Source: Patescibacteria group bacterium (GTDB lineage Bacteria > Patescibacteriota > Microgenomatia > UBA12405). Taken from it: a stretch of 34,893 bases of DNA. Shown piece by piece: positions 1 through 9,949 of the stretch. Below the pieces are notes generated by a model. That model was not told the DNA's origin, made no database searches, and saw only the letters and a list, made by a program, of their open reading frames with translations. A program made the translations under genes and the position numbers. The stretch is from the NCBI GenBank assembly GCA_018818185.1, contig JAHISL010000105.1, positions 1-34,893 of the forward strand, in the 5' to 3' direction. How positions within the stretch are numbered: the first letter of the stretch is position 1; each line of letters opens with the position of its first letter.

Positions 1-1790
1 GCATAAATCCGACGCTTTCCAGAGCCGGCGGACTCTTCCTTGATGATCCCGAAAACTCCAAGTTCTTTGGTATTTTTTACGTGAGGTCCGGTACAAACTT
101 CCTTGGAAAAACATTTCTTTGGATCCCCCACTGTGTAAACAGTGACAATTTCTGGATATTTTGCTCCAAAAAATGCCAGGGCACCTAATTTTTGAGCCTC
201 GGTAAATTTCATTGATTCGATAGAAACTGGAAGAGCAGCGTTGATTTGATCGTTAATTATTTGTTCGATTTCTTTGAGTTGCTCTTCGGTAACTTTTTGG
301 GGATGAGAAAAATCGAATCGAAGACGCTCGCTAGTAATGTTAGAACCAGATTGTTGAACGTGATCACCTAAGACTTTTCGAAGAGTGGCATGAAGTAAGT
401 GGGTGGCAGTGTGATATTTGGTGATAAGTTCGGAATTATCAGCCAGACCTGATTTAAACTTGCCAGCAGAAAGAGTTTGGGATTGTTTCTGATGCTCTTC
501 TTTGAGTCGATTAAATTCGTCGATGTCTAGATCTAAATTGTTTTTCTTTAATTCCTCACTAATCATTTCGACAGGAAAACCGAAAGATTGGTAAAGGTCA
601 AAGGCTTCCCTGCCGGAAACTTGATGCTTGGCTTCAATTAGTTTGGTAATTTTATTGAGACCTTTGTTTAGAGTTCGTCGAAACTTAACTTCTTCGGATT
701 CAAGAATTTTGAGAATTTTTTCTTTGTTTTGGTTTAGTTCAGGATAGAGACCGGCGTTATTATCTTGATTGTCCAGGACTGCCTGAGCGATGACAGAACA
801 AAAGTTATTTTCAATGCCGATAATTTTTCCCTGACGGATCGATCGTCGAATAAGACGGCGGAGAACGTAGCCAGCTTCCTTGTTTGAGGGCTCGAGTCCA
901 TCGGCAATGATAAAAACAGCGGAACGAAGATGGTCAGCAATAATGCGCATGGATTTAACCCCTCCGTCAGCCAAGGCTGACACCTCTCCTTGACAAGGGA
1001 GGCTATATTTTTTACCAGAAATTTCTTCAATTTTTCTAATAATTGGTTGCCAGATATCGGTCAGGTAATTGTCTGAAAAGCCGTTAAGGACAGCAACGGT
1101 CCTTTCAACACCCATACCCGTGTCAACGTTTTGTTGAGCTAATTTGGTAAAGGTTCCATCCAGGTTCTTGTTGTATTCCATGAAAACGTCATTCCAAATC
1201 TCGAGATAACGACCTTGCTTGTCACCAGTTTTAAAATCAACGAGGGGGAGGGTGGGTTGGGTGTCGACAAACATTTCAGAATCTGGTCCACAGGGACCAG
1301 ATGTCCCTGCAGGCCCCCACCAATTATCGGGAAGATAAACTATTCTGTCTTTCGACACGCCAAGAGACTCCCACACGGAGGCTGAAAAGTCGTCTCGGGG
1401 GGCGTTTTTGTCGCCAGCAAAACAAGTTACAAAAAGATTATTTATCTTAATATTTAATTTTTTGGTTAAGAACTCATAACTAAATTCAATAGCTTCTTTT
1501 TTAAAATATTCACCCAAAGACCAGTTACCAAGCATTTCAAAAAAAGTATGATGAAATGTGTCACCCACCTCATCTATATCCCCTGTTCTAAGACATTTTT
1601 GGACGTTTGTGAGACGTTTACCTAGAGAATGAGGTTGACCCAAGAGATAAGGAACCAGAGGGTGCATGCCCGCAGAAATGAAGAGGGTGGTGGAATCGTT
1701 TTCAGGAGTTAACGAGGAGGAAGGAATCTCGGCATGGCTTTTTGATTTGAAAAAATCCACAAAAACGTTTTTTAATTCGCGAGCATTCAT
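1..1790 (-). CDS. alaS: Alanine--tRNA ligase, compact form; 3' end runs off the window
   Basis: Not in the ORF track (no stop in window). My translation from ATG at 1790: MNARELKNVFVDFFKSKSH...TLFISAGMHPLVPY...QKCLRTGDIDEVGD..HHTFFEMLGNWSLGEYFK. Editing motifs YHTATHLLH and KEVCTGPHV are present; it reads ESAGSGKRRIY at the window edge. Confidence 0.97.
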   Translation of the reverse strand, partial: MNARELKNVFVDFFKSKSHAEIPSSSLTPENDSTTLFISAGMHPLVPYLLGQPHSLGKRLTNVQKCLRTGDIDEVGDTFHHTFFEMLGNWSLGEYFKKEAIEFSYEFLTKKLNIKINNLFVTCFAGDKNAPRDDFSASVWESLGVSKDRIVYLPDNWWGPAGTSGPCGPDSEMFVDTQPTLPLVDFKTGDKQGRYLEIWNDVFMEYNKNLDGTFTKLAQQNVDTGMGVERTVAVLNGFSDNYLTDIWQPIIRKIEEISGKKYSLPCQGEVSALADGGVKSMRIIADHLRSAVFIIADGLEPSNKEAGYVLRRLIRRSIRQGKIIGIENNFCSVIAQAVLDNQDNNAGLYPELNQNKEKILKILESEEVKFRRTLNKGLNKITKLIEAKHQVSGREAFDLYQSFGFPVEMISEELKKNNLDLDIDEFNRLKEEHQKQSQTLSAGKFKSGLADNSELITKYHTATHLLHATLRKVLGDHVQQSGSNITSERLRFDFSHPQKVTEEQLKEIEQIINDQINAALPVSIESMKFTEAQKLGALAFFGAKYPEIVTVYTVGDPKKCFSKEVCTGPHVKNTKELGVFGIIKEESAGSGKRRIY

Positions 1791-1812
1791 AGGGGAATTA
1801 TATAGCATTAAG

Positions 1813-2151
1813 CTATTTTTTGAACATTTTCTTTGGCTTTGAGACAGTCGCCTTTTTGATTGGAGCTGAGGCGATTAGCTTACTGGGGATGACCACTTCT
1901 TTTTTGACTGATTGTGGTCTGGGAGCAGTCGGGATAAAAGGTGGTTTTGTTTTAGAATTTTTGGGAGAGGGTGGATTTTGAAAAATGTCGAAAAATTTAG
2001 CGAGTTGTTTTTTTAAATCATCAAAAACCTTGCCTTTATTCTGACGGTAAATAACAATGGCAATAATGGCACCGATAACTAATCCGAATAATAGGCCGAA
2101 AATAAAGGAGCTATTTTCGTGATCGTCGCAATGTTGACAATGACTTGACAT
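1813..2151 (-). CDS. Small membrane protein, YtxH-like
   Basis: Gly-rich TM segment FIFGLLFGLVIGAIIAIVIY followed by an amphipathic helix and a basic Pro-rich tail; N-terminal HCQHC. Confidence 0.6.
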   Translation of the reverse strand: MSSHCQHCDDHENSSFIFGLLFGLVIGAIIAIVIYRQNKGKVFDDLKKQLAKFFDIFQNPPSPKNSKTKPPFIPTAPRPQSVKKEVVIPSKLIASAPIKKATVSKPKKMFKK

Positions 2152-2154
2152 AGT

Positions 2155-2403
2155 TTATGATTCGTCTTTTTCTTTTTTGTCTTTTTTGAAAAAGGAATTA
2201 AAAATTGTAAAACCATTTTTAAAACCCATTAAAAACTCAGAAAAAGAAGAGACTGGTCGGGAAACAGAACTAATTATTTGATTAGTTTCATTAATTGTGA
2301 CCCGAAGGTCTTTGATAAGTTTAGTTAGATAGACACCAACAACGACAATGACGGTGGAAATGGCTAACAAACTGATGACGACGACAATCTGAGTTATATC
2401 CAT
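2155..2403 (-). CDS. Small single-TM protein, DUF948/YoxC-like
   Basis: N-terminal hydrophobic helix plus short coiled coil; adjacent to the YtxH-like gene, as in ytxG-ytxH pairs. Confidence 0.55.
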   Translation of the reverse strand: MDITQIVVVISLLAISTVIVVVGVYLTKLIKDLRVTINETNQIISSVSRPVSSFSEFLMGFKNGFTIFNSFFKKDKKEKDES

Positions 2404-2417
2404 ATAAAGAGTATAAA

Positions 2418-3014
2418 CTATTTTAAAACTTTTTCATCTTTGGTGGTAACACCGGCGGGAGATTTGGCTTCGACAACGATTGATGCTTCGGGGGTGGATA
2501 TTTGGATATTTTTCTTAAAATTGCCCTCACGATCAACAATGACAAGAGATTCGTTGATCTTTACGGTTGATTCCGGATCAGTGACACCAGAAATTTCGAC
2601 TGTTTGCTGAGAATACTCTTGAGGCCAATTTACTTGAAGGCGTGGAGGTCGGTTGAACTTTAAATACTCGGAGATTAAATAAGAGGCAAAAATGATGGCC
2701 AAAATTGAAACAAAAAGAGTAAAGGCAAGTTGCGGAGTCAGAGAAAACCAAAAACGACGATTTGCGGGAATCTGGTTTCGACGATCATAATCTCGACGAA
2801 AAAGACAGAGAACTTCTTCACCGTTTAATCCGAGGAAATCGGCATAGTCTTTGACCATTAAAGAGCAATATGGCTCTTGAGGGAAATCTTCGACTTTTTC
2901 ATTTTCGAAGGCGATGAGGTAACGAAGTGGTATTTTTGTTTTTTTACAAACCTCTTGAAATTCAAGCTCTCGGTCGAGGCGAGCAGATTCGAGAGTGGTT
3001 GAAGCGCGTTTCAT
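2418..3014 (-). CDS. RodZ-like protein: HTH, TM helix, C-terminal Ig-like domain
   Basis: TKIPLRYLIAFENE..FP..Y...VKDYADFLGL is a RodZ/HTH_25 pattern; one TM helix; ISGVTDPESTVKIN beta domain; lies downstream of ftsK. Start moved to the ATG at 3014 to remove the overlap with ftsK. Confidence 0.8.
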   Translation of the reverse strand: MKRASTTLESARLDRELEFQEVCKKTKIPLRYLIAFENEKVEDFPQEPYCSLMVKDYADFLGLNGEEVLCLFRRDYDRRNQIPANRRFWFSLTPQLAFTLFVSILAIIFASYLISEYLKFNRPPRLQVNWPQEYSQQTVEISGVTDPESTVKINESLVIVDREGNFKKNIQISTPEASIVVEAKSPAGVTTKDEKVLK

Positions 3015-3024
3015 GAAAAATATT

Positions 3025-5151
3025 TTAACTATTGTCGGAAGGAGACTTGTGATCAATTAAAATGTCTCGAGCTTTGGCACCGTTAACGGGGCCAACAATT
3101 CCAGCCTGCTCAAGCTCATCTAAAATTCTGGCAGCCCGAGCATAGCCGAGTTTAAGTCGGCGTTGCATGAGAGAGGCGGAAGCTTTGCCGGTTTCTTGGA
3201 TTAGCTTAATAGCGTCGTCAAACATGGCATCACGTTCTTCACCGTCAGAGACCATAATGTTTTTACTTGAAGAACCGGGACTATTTACAGGTTGTTTAAC
3301 AATTTCATCGTTGTATTCACCGCCGCGTTGGTTTTTAAGGAATTCAATAAGTCGACCAACTTCTTTGTCGGAAATAAAACAACCTTGAACACGAACAGGT
3401 TTGGCCAACTCTGGAGGAATATAAAGCATGTCGCCACGACCAAGGAGTTTTTCGGCGCCAGGAGAATCGAGAACAACCCGGGAATCAGTCATTGAAGCGA
3501 CAGCAAAGGCAATACGGGTAGGAATGTTGGCTTTAATTAGACCAGTAATAATGTTGACCGAAGGTCTTTGGGTGGCAAGGACCAAATGAATACCAGTGGC
3601 CCGAGCCATTTGGGCAATACGGCAGATGTTATCTTCAACTTCAGCGGGGGAGAAAAGCATAATTTCGGCCAATTCGTCAATGACGATAACAATGTAGGGA
3701 ATAGCTTGAAAACCGGACATATTGTTGTAGCTTTCAATATTTTTAGCGTTTACTTCGGTAAAGAGTTTGTAGCGACGTTCCATTTCACCAACAGCCCACT
3801 TTAGCGCAGAAACGACCTTTTCAGGGTCGACAATAACAGGGGTTAAAAGATGGGGAATGCCATTGTATTGTGAAAGCTCAACCCGCTTTGGATCGACCAT
3901 AATCATACGAACTTCGTCGGGAGAAGCTCGGAAAAGGAGGGTGGAAATCCAAGAGTTGATACAAACTGATTTACCAGAACCAGTTTGGCCAGCAATTAAA
4001 ACGTGAGGCATTTTGGAAATGTCGGCGACTTTTGGCAAACCAGCCACATCAAGACCCAGAGGGACAGTAATCTTGCTTTTGGCAGTCTTCATGGCTTCAG
4101 ATTCAAAAATTGTGCGAATAGGGACAACTTCGAGAGAGCGATTTGGCATTTCGATGCCAACTAAAGATCGTCCGGGAATCGGAGCTTCGACTCTGATTTG
4201 ACCACCAGGAGCGGCCAGAGCCATAGCCAAATCATTTCCCAGGGATAATATTTTGGCGAGCTTTGTTCCCAGAGCAACTTCGAGAGCATATTGAGTAACG
4301 GAGGGACTATTGTTTACCTCGGCAACGCGAGCGGTAATACCAAATGAGTCAAGAGTTTGTTCAATGATTTGAGCATTTTTACGGACATCTCCCCGATCAG
4401 CCTTGGCTCCAGGAGTATCGTCAAAGATAGACATGGGAGGATAAACCCAACTTTGGTTTCCCGAGGAGGTTAGAGGACCTTCTGGCTTAAAGACAGGAGG
4501 AACATTGGCTACAGCCATATTTTCTTTGGATGAGGATCTGGAGACATCCTTGCTGTTGGCAGAATTTTCCAAAGGTGTGGGGCTATGCATTTCGGACTGA
4601 TAAAGAGGATTTTTTGAGTTTGATTTTTCTTTTTTGCTTTTAATTTTTGAAGCTTGACCAATGGAGTATTTTCTAATAACGGCAATAACCTTCCCAAAAA
4701 ATTTAAAAATCTGGACAACATTGGTGTCAAAGAGAACAACAAAGCCAACAATCAAGGTAAAAAAGAAAATGATAAAGGTGGGGATTTCGGAAAAAAGAGC
4801 TAAAAATTGCTCCCAAAAAAAGGATCCAAATACTCCTTGTTTAAAAAGACCCAAGAGGGAGAAAAACATGATGAAGAAACCAAAGAAAACGTTGGCTTCT
4901 TTGAGAGGAGATTTTACCTTGGTAAATAAAAAGGAAATTAGAAGCAATAAAAAAGGCACCATAACCGAACCGAAACCAAAAAAATGATTTAAAAGTAAAT
5001 TATATTCGGTGATGATTCCCCCTTGCTGGAGAAAGGAAAATACGGAAATTATGGCTAAAATTAGGAAAAAGATAAAAAATATTGACTTGACAGTTGAGGG
5101 TTTCAACTTAAGAGTTGGAAGGATTCTATTTTTCTTGCGTCCACGGGGCAT
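3025..5151 (-). CDS. ftsK: DNA translocase FtsK/SpoIIIE
   Basis: N-terminal TM helices, PHVLIAGQTGSGKS Walker A, IVIDELA Walker B, LATQRPS, gamma domain SASLMQRRLKLGYARAARILD. Confidence 0.97.
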   Translation of the reverse strand: MPRGRKKNRILPTLKLKPSTVKSIFFIFFLILAIISVFSFLQQGGIITEYNLLLNHFFGFGSVMVPFLLLLISFLFTKVKSPLKEANVFFGFFIMFFSLLGLFKQGVFGSFFWEQFLALFSEIPTFIIFFFTLIVGFVVLFDTNVVQIFKFFGKVIAVIRKYSIGQASKIKSKKEKSNSKNPLYQSEMHSPTPLENSANSKDVSRSSSKENMAVANVPPVFKPEGPLTSSGNQSWVYPPMSIFDDTPGAKADRGDVRKNAQIIEQTLDSFGITARVAEVNNSPSVTQYALEVALGTKLAKILSLGNDLAMALAAPGGQIRVEAPIPGRSLVGIEMPNRSLEVVPIRTIFESEAMKTAKSKITVPLGLDVAGLPKVADISKMPHVLIAGQTGSGKSVCINSWISTLLFRASPDEVRMIMVDPKRVELSQYNGIPHLLTPVIVDPEKVVSALKWAVGEMERRYKLFTEVNAKNIESYNNMSGFQAIPYIVIVIDELAEIMLFSPAEVEDNICRIAQMARATGIHLVLATQRPSVNIITGLIKANIPTRIAFAVASMTDSRVVLDSPGAEKLLGRGDMLYIPPELAKPVRVQGCFISDKEVGRLIEFLKNQRGGEYNDEIVKQPVNSPGSSSKNIMVSDGEERDAMFDDAIKLIQETGKASASLMQRRLKLGYARAARILDELEQAGIVGPVNGAKARDILIDHKSPSDNS

Positions 5152-5178
5152 AGTAACAGTATATATTATTGATTAGTC

Positions 5179-6864
5179 TTAAGTATAGAAAGAAGTAATT
5201 TCTGAAACAAGATTTTTTGAATCAATGATTTTCGATTCTTTGTCGGATCTTAGTTTAAACTCTATTCCTCCACTCTCCTGGCTTCTTTTGCTAATAACTA
5301 AACGAATTGGGATACCAATTAGATCGGCATCAGCAAATTTGGCACCAGCGGAAACAGAACTGCGATCATCGAAAAGAACTTCAATATTTTGGGAAAGTAA
5401 TTCTTGATAAAGATCCTCGCCTAAACCGTCAAGAGCAATTAAATGAACCTGGTAGGGGGCAATTTCTTTGGGCCAAATAATCCCCTTTTCATCGTGGTGA
5501 GTTTCGACGTCGATGGCTAGGGCCCGGCCAATACCAATACCATAAGAGCCCATGTACATTTTTTGAGAAGTACCGTCTTGGGCAATAAAGTTTCCGTCCA
5601 TGGGATCACTATAGGCAAAACCAATATTAAAGATATTGCCGAATTCTACTGCCTTAACCAGTTTTAGTTTTTCTTTTTTACATTGAGGACAAAGATAATC
5701 AACTTGAGTTTCGGCAATGTCGCCGACAATATCAGTTTGGTAATCTCGACCAAAATTTATATTTATTAAATCGATATTTTTTTTGTTGGAACCACCATAA
5801 GCATTTTTTAGATTTTTTAGAGAATCATCGGCAACGATGAGAACATCTTTGATACCAACAGGAGAAATAAATCCAGGTTCGGAATGAAGTTTGTTTCGGA
5901 TTTCTTCATCGGTGGCATGACGAAGCTCATTGGCTTGGATCAAGTTTTTTAGTTTAGTTTCGTTGACCATGAAGTCACCTCGAATAATGGCCAAGATAAA
6001 ACGGCCGGAATCATCAACAAAAACAACATCTTTAATTTGTTGCCAAAGAGGTTTTTGGTGAAGAGCCACTCCGTCTTCCATGGTGTTACCACGAGGAGCT
6101 TTGACTTCAGAAAGATCGGCTTCGGCTTCTGAAGAATTTTTATCTTCTTTGACAAAGGTAGCTTTTTCAAGGTTGGCGGCATAGCCGCAGGAACAGGTGA
6201 CGATAGTGTCTTCACCAACAGTGGATTCGACCATAAACTCATGAGAAACAGAACCACCAATAGCACCATTGTCGGATTCGACGATAGTGACATTTAAGTC
6301 CATTCTTTTGGCAATTTCCAAATAGGCATCCCAGTATTTTTGGTAAGTAATTTTTAGATCAGCTTCGTCGACATGAAAAGAGTAGCCATCTTTCATGACA
6401 AACTCGCGGACACGAAGGAGACCACCAGAGGGGCGAGCTTCATCGCGGAATTTCTGAGAAAATTGGTAGATATTGATAGGTAAATCTTTATAGCTCGGTG
6501 CAAACTGCTTGACCAGATCGAGCATGATGACTTCGGCAGTGGCACCAAGGGTGAACTCGGCACCATTACGATCGGTAACCCGCATCATGGCGGCACCAAA
6601 TTTTTTATCACGATTGGCTTGTTGCCAAAGTTCGAGGGGGTGAAGGGTGGGAACAATTAGTTCTTGAGCACCAGTCTTTTCAACTTCTTGCCGAATAATT
6701 GATTCTATTTTTCGACAAACCTTGAGGCCAAGAGGTAAAAAAGTGTATCGTCCGGCGGAAAGTTGACGGATAAAACCCGCCTGGAGAAGAAGACGATGAC
6801 TAGCAACGGTGGCATCCTTGGAAACTGTTTTGCTGGTTTTGCCAAATAATTGTGAATATCTCAT
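5179..6864 (-). CDS. proS: Proline--tRNA ligase, bacterial type with INS editing domain
   Basis: SHRLLLQAGFI, KFRDEARPSGGLLRVREFVMKDGYSFH, MGSYGIGIGR, GAKFADADLIGIP. Confidence 0.97.
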   Translation of the reverse strand: MRYSQLFGKTSKTVSKDATVASHRLLLQAGFIRQLSAGRYTFLPLGLKVCRKIESIIRQEVEKTGAQELIVPTLHPLELWQQANRDKKFGAAMMRVTDRNGAEFTLGATAEVIMLDLVKQFAPSYKDLPINIYQFSQKFRDEARPSGGLLRVREFVMKDGYSFHVDEADLKITYQKYWDAYLEIAKRMDLNVTIVESDNGAIGGSVSHEFMVESTVGEDTIVTCSCGYAANLEKATFVKEDKNSSEAEADLSEVKAPRGNTMEDGVALHQKPLWQQIKDVVFVDDSGRFILAIIRGDFMVNETKLKNLIQANELRHATDEEIRNKLHSEPGFISPVGIKDVLIVADDSLKNLKNAYGGSNKKNIDLININFGRDYQTDIVGDIAETQVDYLCPQCKKEKLKLVKAVEFGNIFNIGFAYSDPMDGNFIAQDGTSQKMYMGSYGIGIGRALAIDVETHHDEKGIIWPKEIAPYQVHLIALDGLGEDLYQELLSQNIEVLFDDRSSVSAGAKFADADLIGIPIRLVISKRSQESGGIEFKLRSDKESKIIDSKNLVSEITSFYT

Positions 6865-6910
6865 GGCCTATTTTAGCGAATAAGTGACTATTTTGATATA
6901 TAATCGCAAA

Positions 6911-7147
6911 ATGGGCGAGAAATTATGTCTAAAATGCATTGAAGAAGGGCGCAGTGTGTGCCTAATTGAAGAAAAAATGCGGATATTGCAATCAAAAGTT
7001 CCAGAAGTTGCCGACAATGAAAAAAATTTGGAAATAATTCAGAGACTAAATATGGAGGAAAAAGAAATTCATGAATTAGGGCGTAAAAGGGGTTGTCATC
7101 ATCACAATGACTTTACCCTAAGTTTGCCTAGATTTGAGTTAAAATAA
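6911..7147 (+). CDS. Orphan small Cys/His-containing protein (78 aa)
   Basis: ATG at 6911 lies 6 nt after TATAAT; CxxC-x7-C ... CHHH; fills the gap divergent from proS. Confidence 0.6.
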   Translation: MGEKLCLKCIEEGRSVCLIEEKMRILQSKVPEVADNEKNLEIIQRLNMEEKEIHELGRKRGCHHHNDFTLSLPRFELK

Positions 7148-7227
7148 ATGCTCGTCATGTCCGAGATAAATCACGAACAAAGGCGAGCAATTAGATTTTA
7201 GCAAAAAAAACAAAGAGAGAAAACTGA

Positions 7228-7503
7228 TTAGCCCCTACGACCAAATAGAGAAACTTTTTTCTTAGTTGATTGACTATCCTTGTAGGCACGAACTTCTATT
7301 CCACCGATATTTATACTACGATTTCCAGTAACAGTTTCAGTAGATTGAGGAGTATCACCTTTATAGGTTGAGTGAATAAAGCCATCTTTTATTGGCATAA
7401 TTCCGTGCCTTATTCCATCATTGTAGATAGGATATTCACCTTGAGGTCGAGGAAAGTTTAAAAATGTTTCTGAACCTGTTTCAAAAATTACTTCTGCACC
7501 CAT
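7228..7503 (-). CDS. Orphan beta-rich protein (91 aa), possible relative of the MTAE array
   Basis: Clean intergenic ORF starting MGAEV with a GF-x25-GIEVRA motif. Confidence 0.65.
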   Translation of the reverse strand: MGAEVIFETGSETFLNFPRPQGEYPIYNDGIRHGIMPIKDGFIHSTYKGDTPQSTETVTGNRSINIGGIEVRAYKDSQSTKKKVSLFGRRG

Positions 7504-7561
7504 ATTTTGATAGATAATATGTTAATAATGTATATATTATAACATATTTTGATCTAGTTTG

Positions 7562-9340
7562 TTAGACCTCGATGACAAGAGGTAGAACCATGGGTTCACG
7601 ACCAGTTTTTTCTTTGATCAATCCTTCAAGATAGGCCTGAAGCTCGGTGCGAATATACTCAAAGTTGGCCGGTTTACTGGTAACTTGAGAGAATTTTCTA
7701 GCGGTTTCCTCTTTTAGGTAATTGATAAGGTCAGTATTTTCTTTGACAAAGACAAAGCCTCGGGAAAGAATGACAGGCTCTTTGAACATGGTGCCAAGCT
7801 CTTTGTTGACCAAGATGACAACGCTGAACATGCCGTCTTCTGCCAAATTCTTTCGATCACGAAGAACAGTAGTCCCAACGTCACCGATACCAAGTCCGTC
7901 GATAAGAATTTTATGAAGAGGAATATGGAAACCAGTATCAACTTTGCCGTTGGCGTAAAAGGTGACTGAAGAATCAACATCGGGAGTAATAAATTGATCA
8001 TCCTGAAAACCCATGGTTTTAGCCATAGAAAAGTAACTCTTGACGTGACGATAGTTACCACCGATTGGTAGGAGATAGCGGGGGTTGGTCAGAGTCATTA
8101 AAAGAGCGTGTTCTTTTTGATAACCATGGCCAGAAACATGAAGCTCCTCTTTGTCGCCATAGGCAACGTCGGCTCCCATCTTCGATAAGATATCGATCAT
8201 TTCATAAATATTCCCGGTAGTGCCAGGAATGTAATCTGGAGCAGAAAAGATAACTTTGTCACCTGATTTAATTTTGACGCGATGTTTACCCATGACCATT
8301 TTACTTAGAGCTGAGTCGGGTTGACCGGCAAAACCAGCAACTAAGAAAAGAAGTTTATTGTCGGGAAAATTCTTGGATCGCTCTGGAGGAATAATGTCTG
8401 AATCGGTAAGTTTAATATATCCTAATTCTTTGGCAATACTTATAGCTTTATCAACAGAATAACCGGCGATGCAAATTTTTCGTCCAGTTGATTTGCCATA
8501 TTCAATGGCCTGTGACCAGCGGACGATGTTACTACTAATAGAAGTAACGAAAACGCGACCCTTGGCATTAACGATTTGATGTTTAAAATTTTCGGCGATG
8601 TCACGTTCGGATGGAGAATAACCTTCGTGGTCAGCCCCCAAACAGTCGGACATTAAAGCAATAACTTTGCGATTGCCAACGTTGGCGATTTTTTTAAGCT
8701 CGGCAGGTTTATTGTCGAGAGGAAAAACATCGAATTTAAAGTCGGATCCGTGATAAAGAACTCCGATGGGAGTAGTGATGGCGAAGTGGAAGGTGTCGGG
8801 GATTGAATGAGTAACCCGAATAGGTTCAATGGTAAAAGGACCTTTGGTGAAAACGTCACCAGATTGATAGACGTTAATCGAGGCTCTAATTTGACTTTCA
8901 GCCAAACGCGATTCAATAAAGGCGGAGGCTAATTTCGGAGCATAAATAGGGATGCGATTACCAATTATTGGCAAGATAAAACGGACAGCGCCGATATGGT
9001 CTTCATGACCATGGGTAATAAAGATACCTAAAATGCGATCTTTTTTATCCTCTAAGTAGGCAGTGTCAGGAATCTGAAGATCAACACCAAAGGCGTCTTC
9101 TTCGGGAAAGCCAACTCCACAGTCGACAATAATAATTTGTGATTTGGAAAAATCACCACGAGGAGCAAATTCGTAAACGAACATGTTCTGGGTCACGTCA
9201 CCAAAACCACCCAAAGAAGAGATGCGAACCGCATCTTGATTGGTGGAAGGAGAGACCTTGTTTTGAATAACTGGACGAGTAAAATCCTTTTGTGCAGCTG
9301 GATTATAAGCTGGTTTTCGATATGTTTTTTGTTTAATCAT
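7562..9340 (-). CDS. rnj: Ribonuclease J
   Basis: LGGFGDVTQNM, VDCG, THGHEDHIGA, THSIPD, SDFKFD, HVSGHG, C-terminal TGREPMVLPLVIEV. Confidence 0.96.
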   Translation of the reverse strand: MIKQKTYRKPAYNPAAQKDFTRPVIQNKVSPSTNQDAVRISSLGGFGDVTQNMFVYEFAPRGDFSKSQIIIVDCGVGFPEEDAFGVDLQIPDTAYLEDKKDRILGIFITHGHEDHIGAVRFILPIIGNRIPIYAPKLASAFIESRLAESQIRASINVYQSGDVFTKGPFTIEPIRVTHSIPDTFHFAITTPIGVLYHGSDFKFDVFPLDNKPAELKKIANVGNRKVIALMSDCLGADHEGYSPSERDIAENFKHQIVNAKGRVFVTSISSNIVRWSQAIEYGKSTGRKICIAGYSVDKAISIAKELGYIKLTDSDIIPPERSKNFPDNKLLFLVAGFAGQPDSALSKMVMGKHRVKIKSGDKVIFSAPDYIPGTTGNIYEMIDILSKMGADVAYGDKEELHVSGHGYQKEHALLMTLTNPRYLLPIGGNYRHVKSYFSMAKTMGFQDDQFITPDVDSSVTFYANGKVDTGFHIPLHKILIDGLGIGDVGTTVLRDRKNLAEDGMFSVVILVNKELGTMFKEPVILSRGFVFVKENTDLINYLKEETARKFSQVTSKPANFEYIRTELQAYLEGLIKEKTGREPMVLPLVIEV

Positions 9341-9370
9341 AATTATAATTTTATAGCCTGGGTTATTTTT

Positions 9371-9949
9371 TTAGCCCTTGGCTGTTAGGTATTTTCCGAT
9401 AGTAATAAAGTCTTTTTTAAGACTTTCGAGCATGGCGCCATTTCGTAGACCCGCTGAGGGGTGGTAAACAGGAATAATGGTTAATGGTAAATCCTGCCAG
9501 GTAATGTTCCTGATTTGACCATGAATTCGGCTGATCTTTTCTTGCGGAAAAAAATAGTTCATTGAAAAGCGGCCGAGAGTAATAACAATTTTTGGTTTAA
9601 TAATTTTTAATTGAGCTTTTAAATAAGGAGTACAGACTTTGATTTCACTTTCCTGAGGATCTCGGTTTTCTGGCGGACGATGTTTTAGAATGTTACAGAT
9701 AAAAACGTCGGAGCGAGGCACACGAATCGTATTCAGAAGCTTGTCTAGAAGTTTACCAGAGTTGCCAACAAAAGGCAAACCCTGCTGGTCTTCGTGAGCT
9801 CCAGGAGCCTCACCAATAAAAAGAATCTCGGCATCTGGATTACCGGCACCGGGAACAGGATTGGTGGCAGTTTTATAGAGATTGCATTTTTTACATTCCC
9901 CCACTAAATGGGAAATATATTCTAATTGTTGAGACTTACTGAGGGACAT
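9371..9949 (-). CDS. Uracil-DNA glycosylase, family 4
   Basis: CKKC, IGEAPG..ED..G.PFVG.SG, NILKHRPPENRDP, LGRFS, YHPSAGLR. Confidence 0.93.
   Translation of the reverse strand: MSLSKSQQLEYISHLVGECKKCNLYKTATNPVPGAGNPDAEILFIGEAPGAHEDQQGLPFVGNSGKLLDKLLNTIRVPRSDVFICNILKHRPPENRDPQESEIKVCTPYLKAQLKIIKPKIVITLGRFSMNYFFPQEKISRIHGQIRNITWQDLPLTIIPVYHPSAGLRNGAMLESLKKDFITIGKYLTAKG

Noticed and set aside
734..1030. 98-aa minus-strand ORF from the track
   Set aside because: It is an alternative frame inside alaS, which the track missed because alaS has no stop in the window.
7148..7227. Tiny ORF (MLVMSEINHEQRRAIRF) and TGCTCG...CGAGCA inverted repeat after ORF 6911
   Set aside because: Too short, with a weak stem and long loop; cannot be distinguished from chance or a decayed gene fragment.
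9371..9949. UdgX covalent uracil-binding protein
   Set aside because: It lacks the KRRIH R-loop and the usual radical-SAM partner gene.
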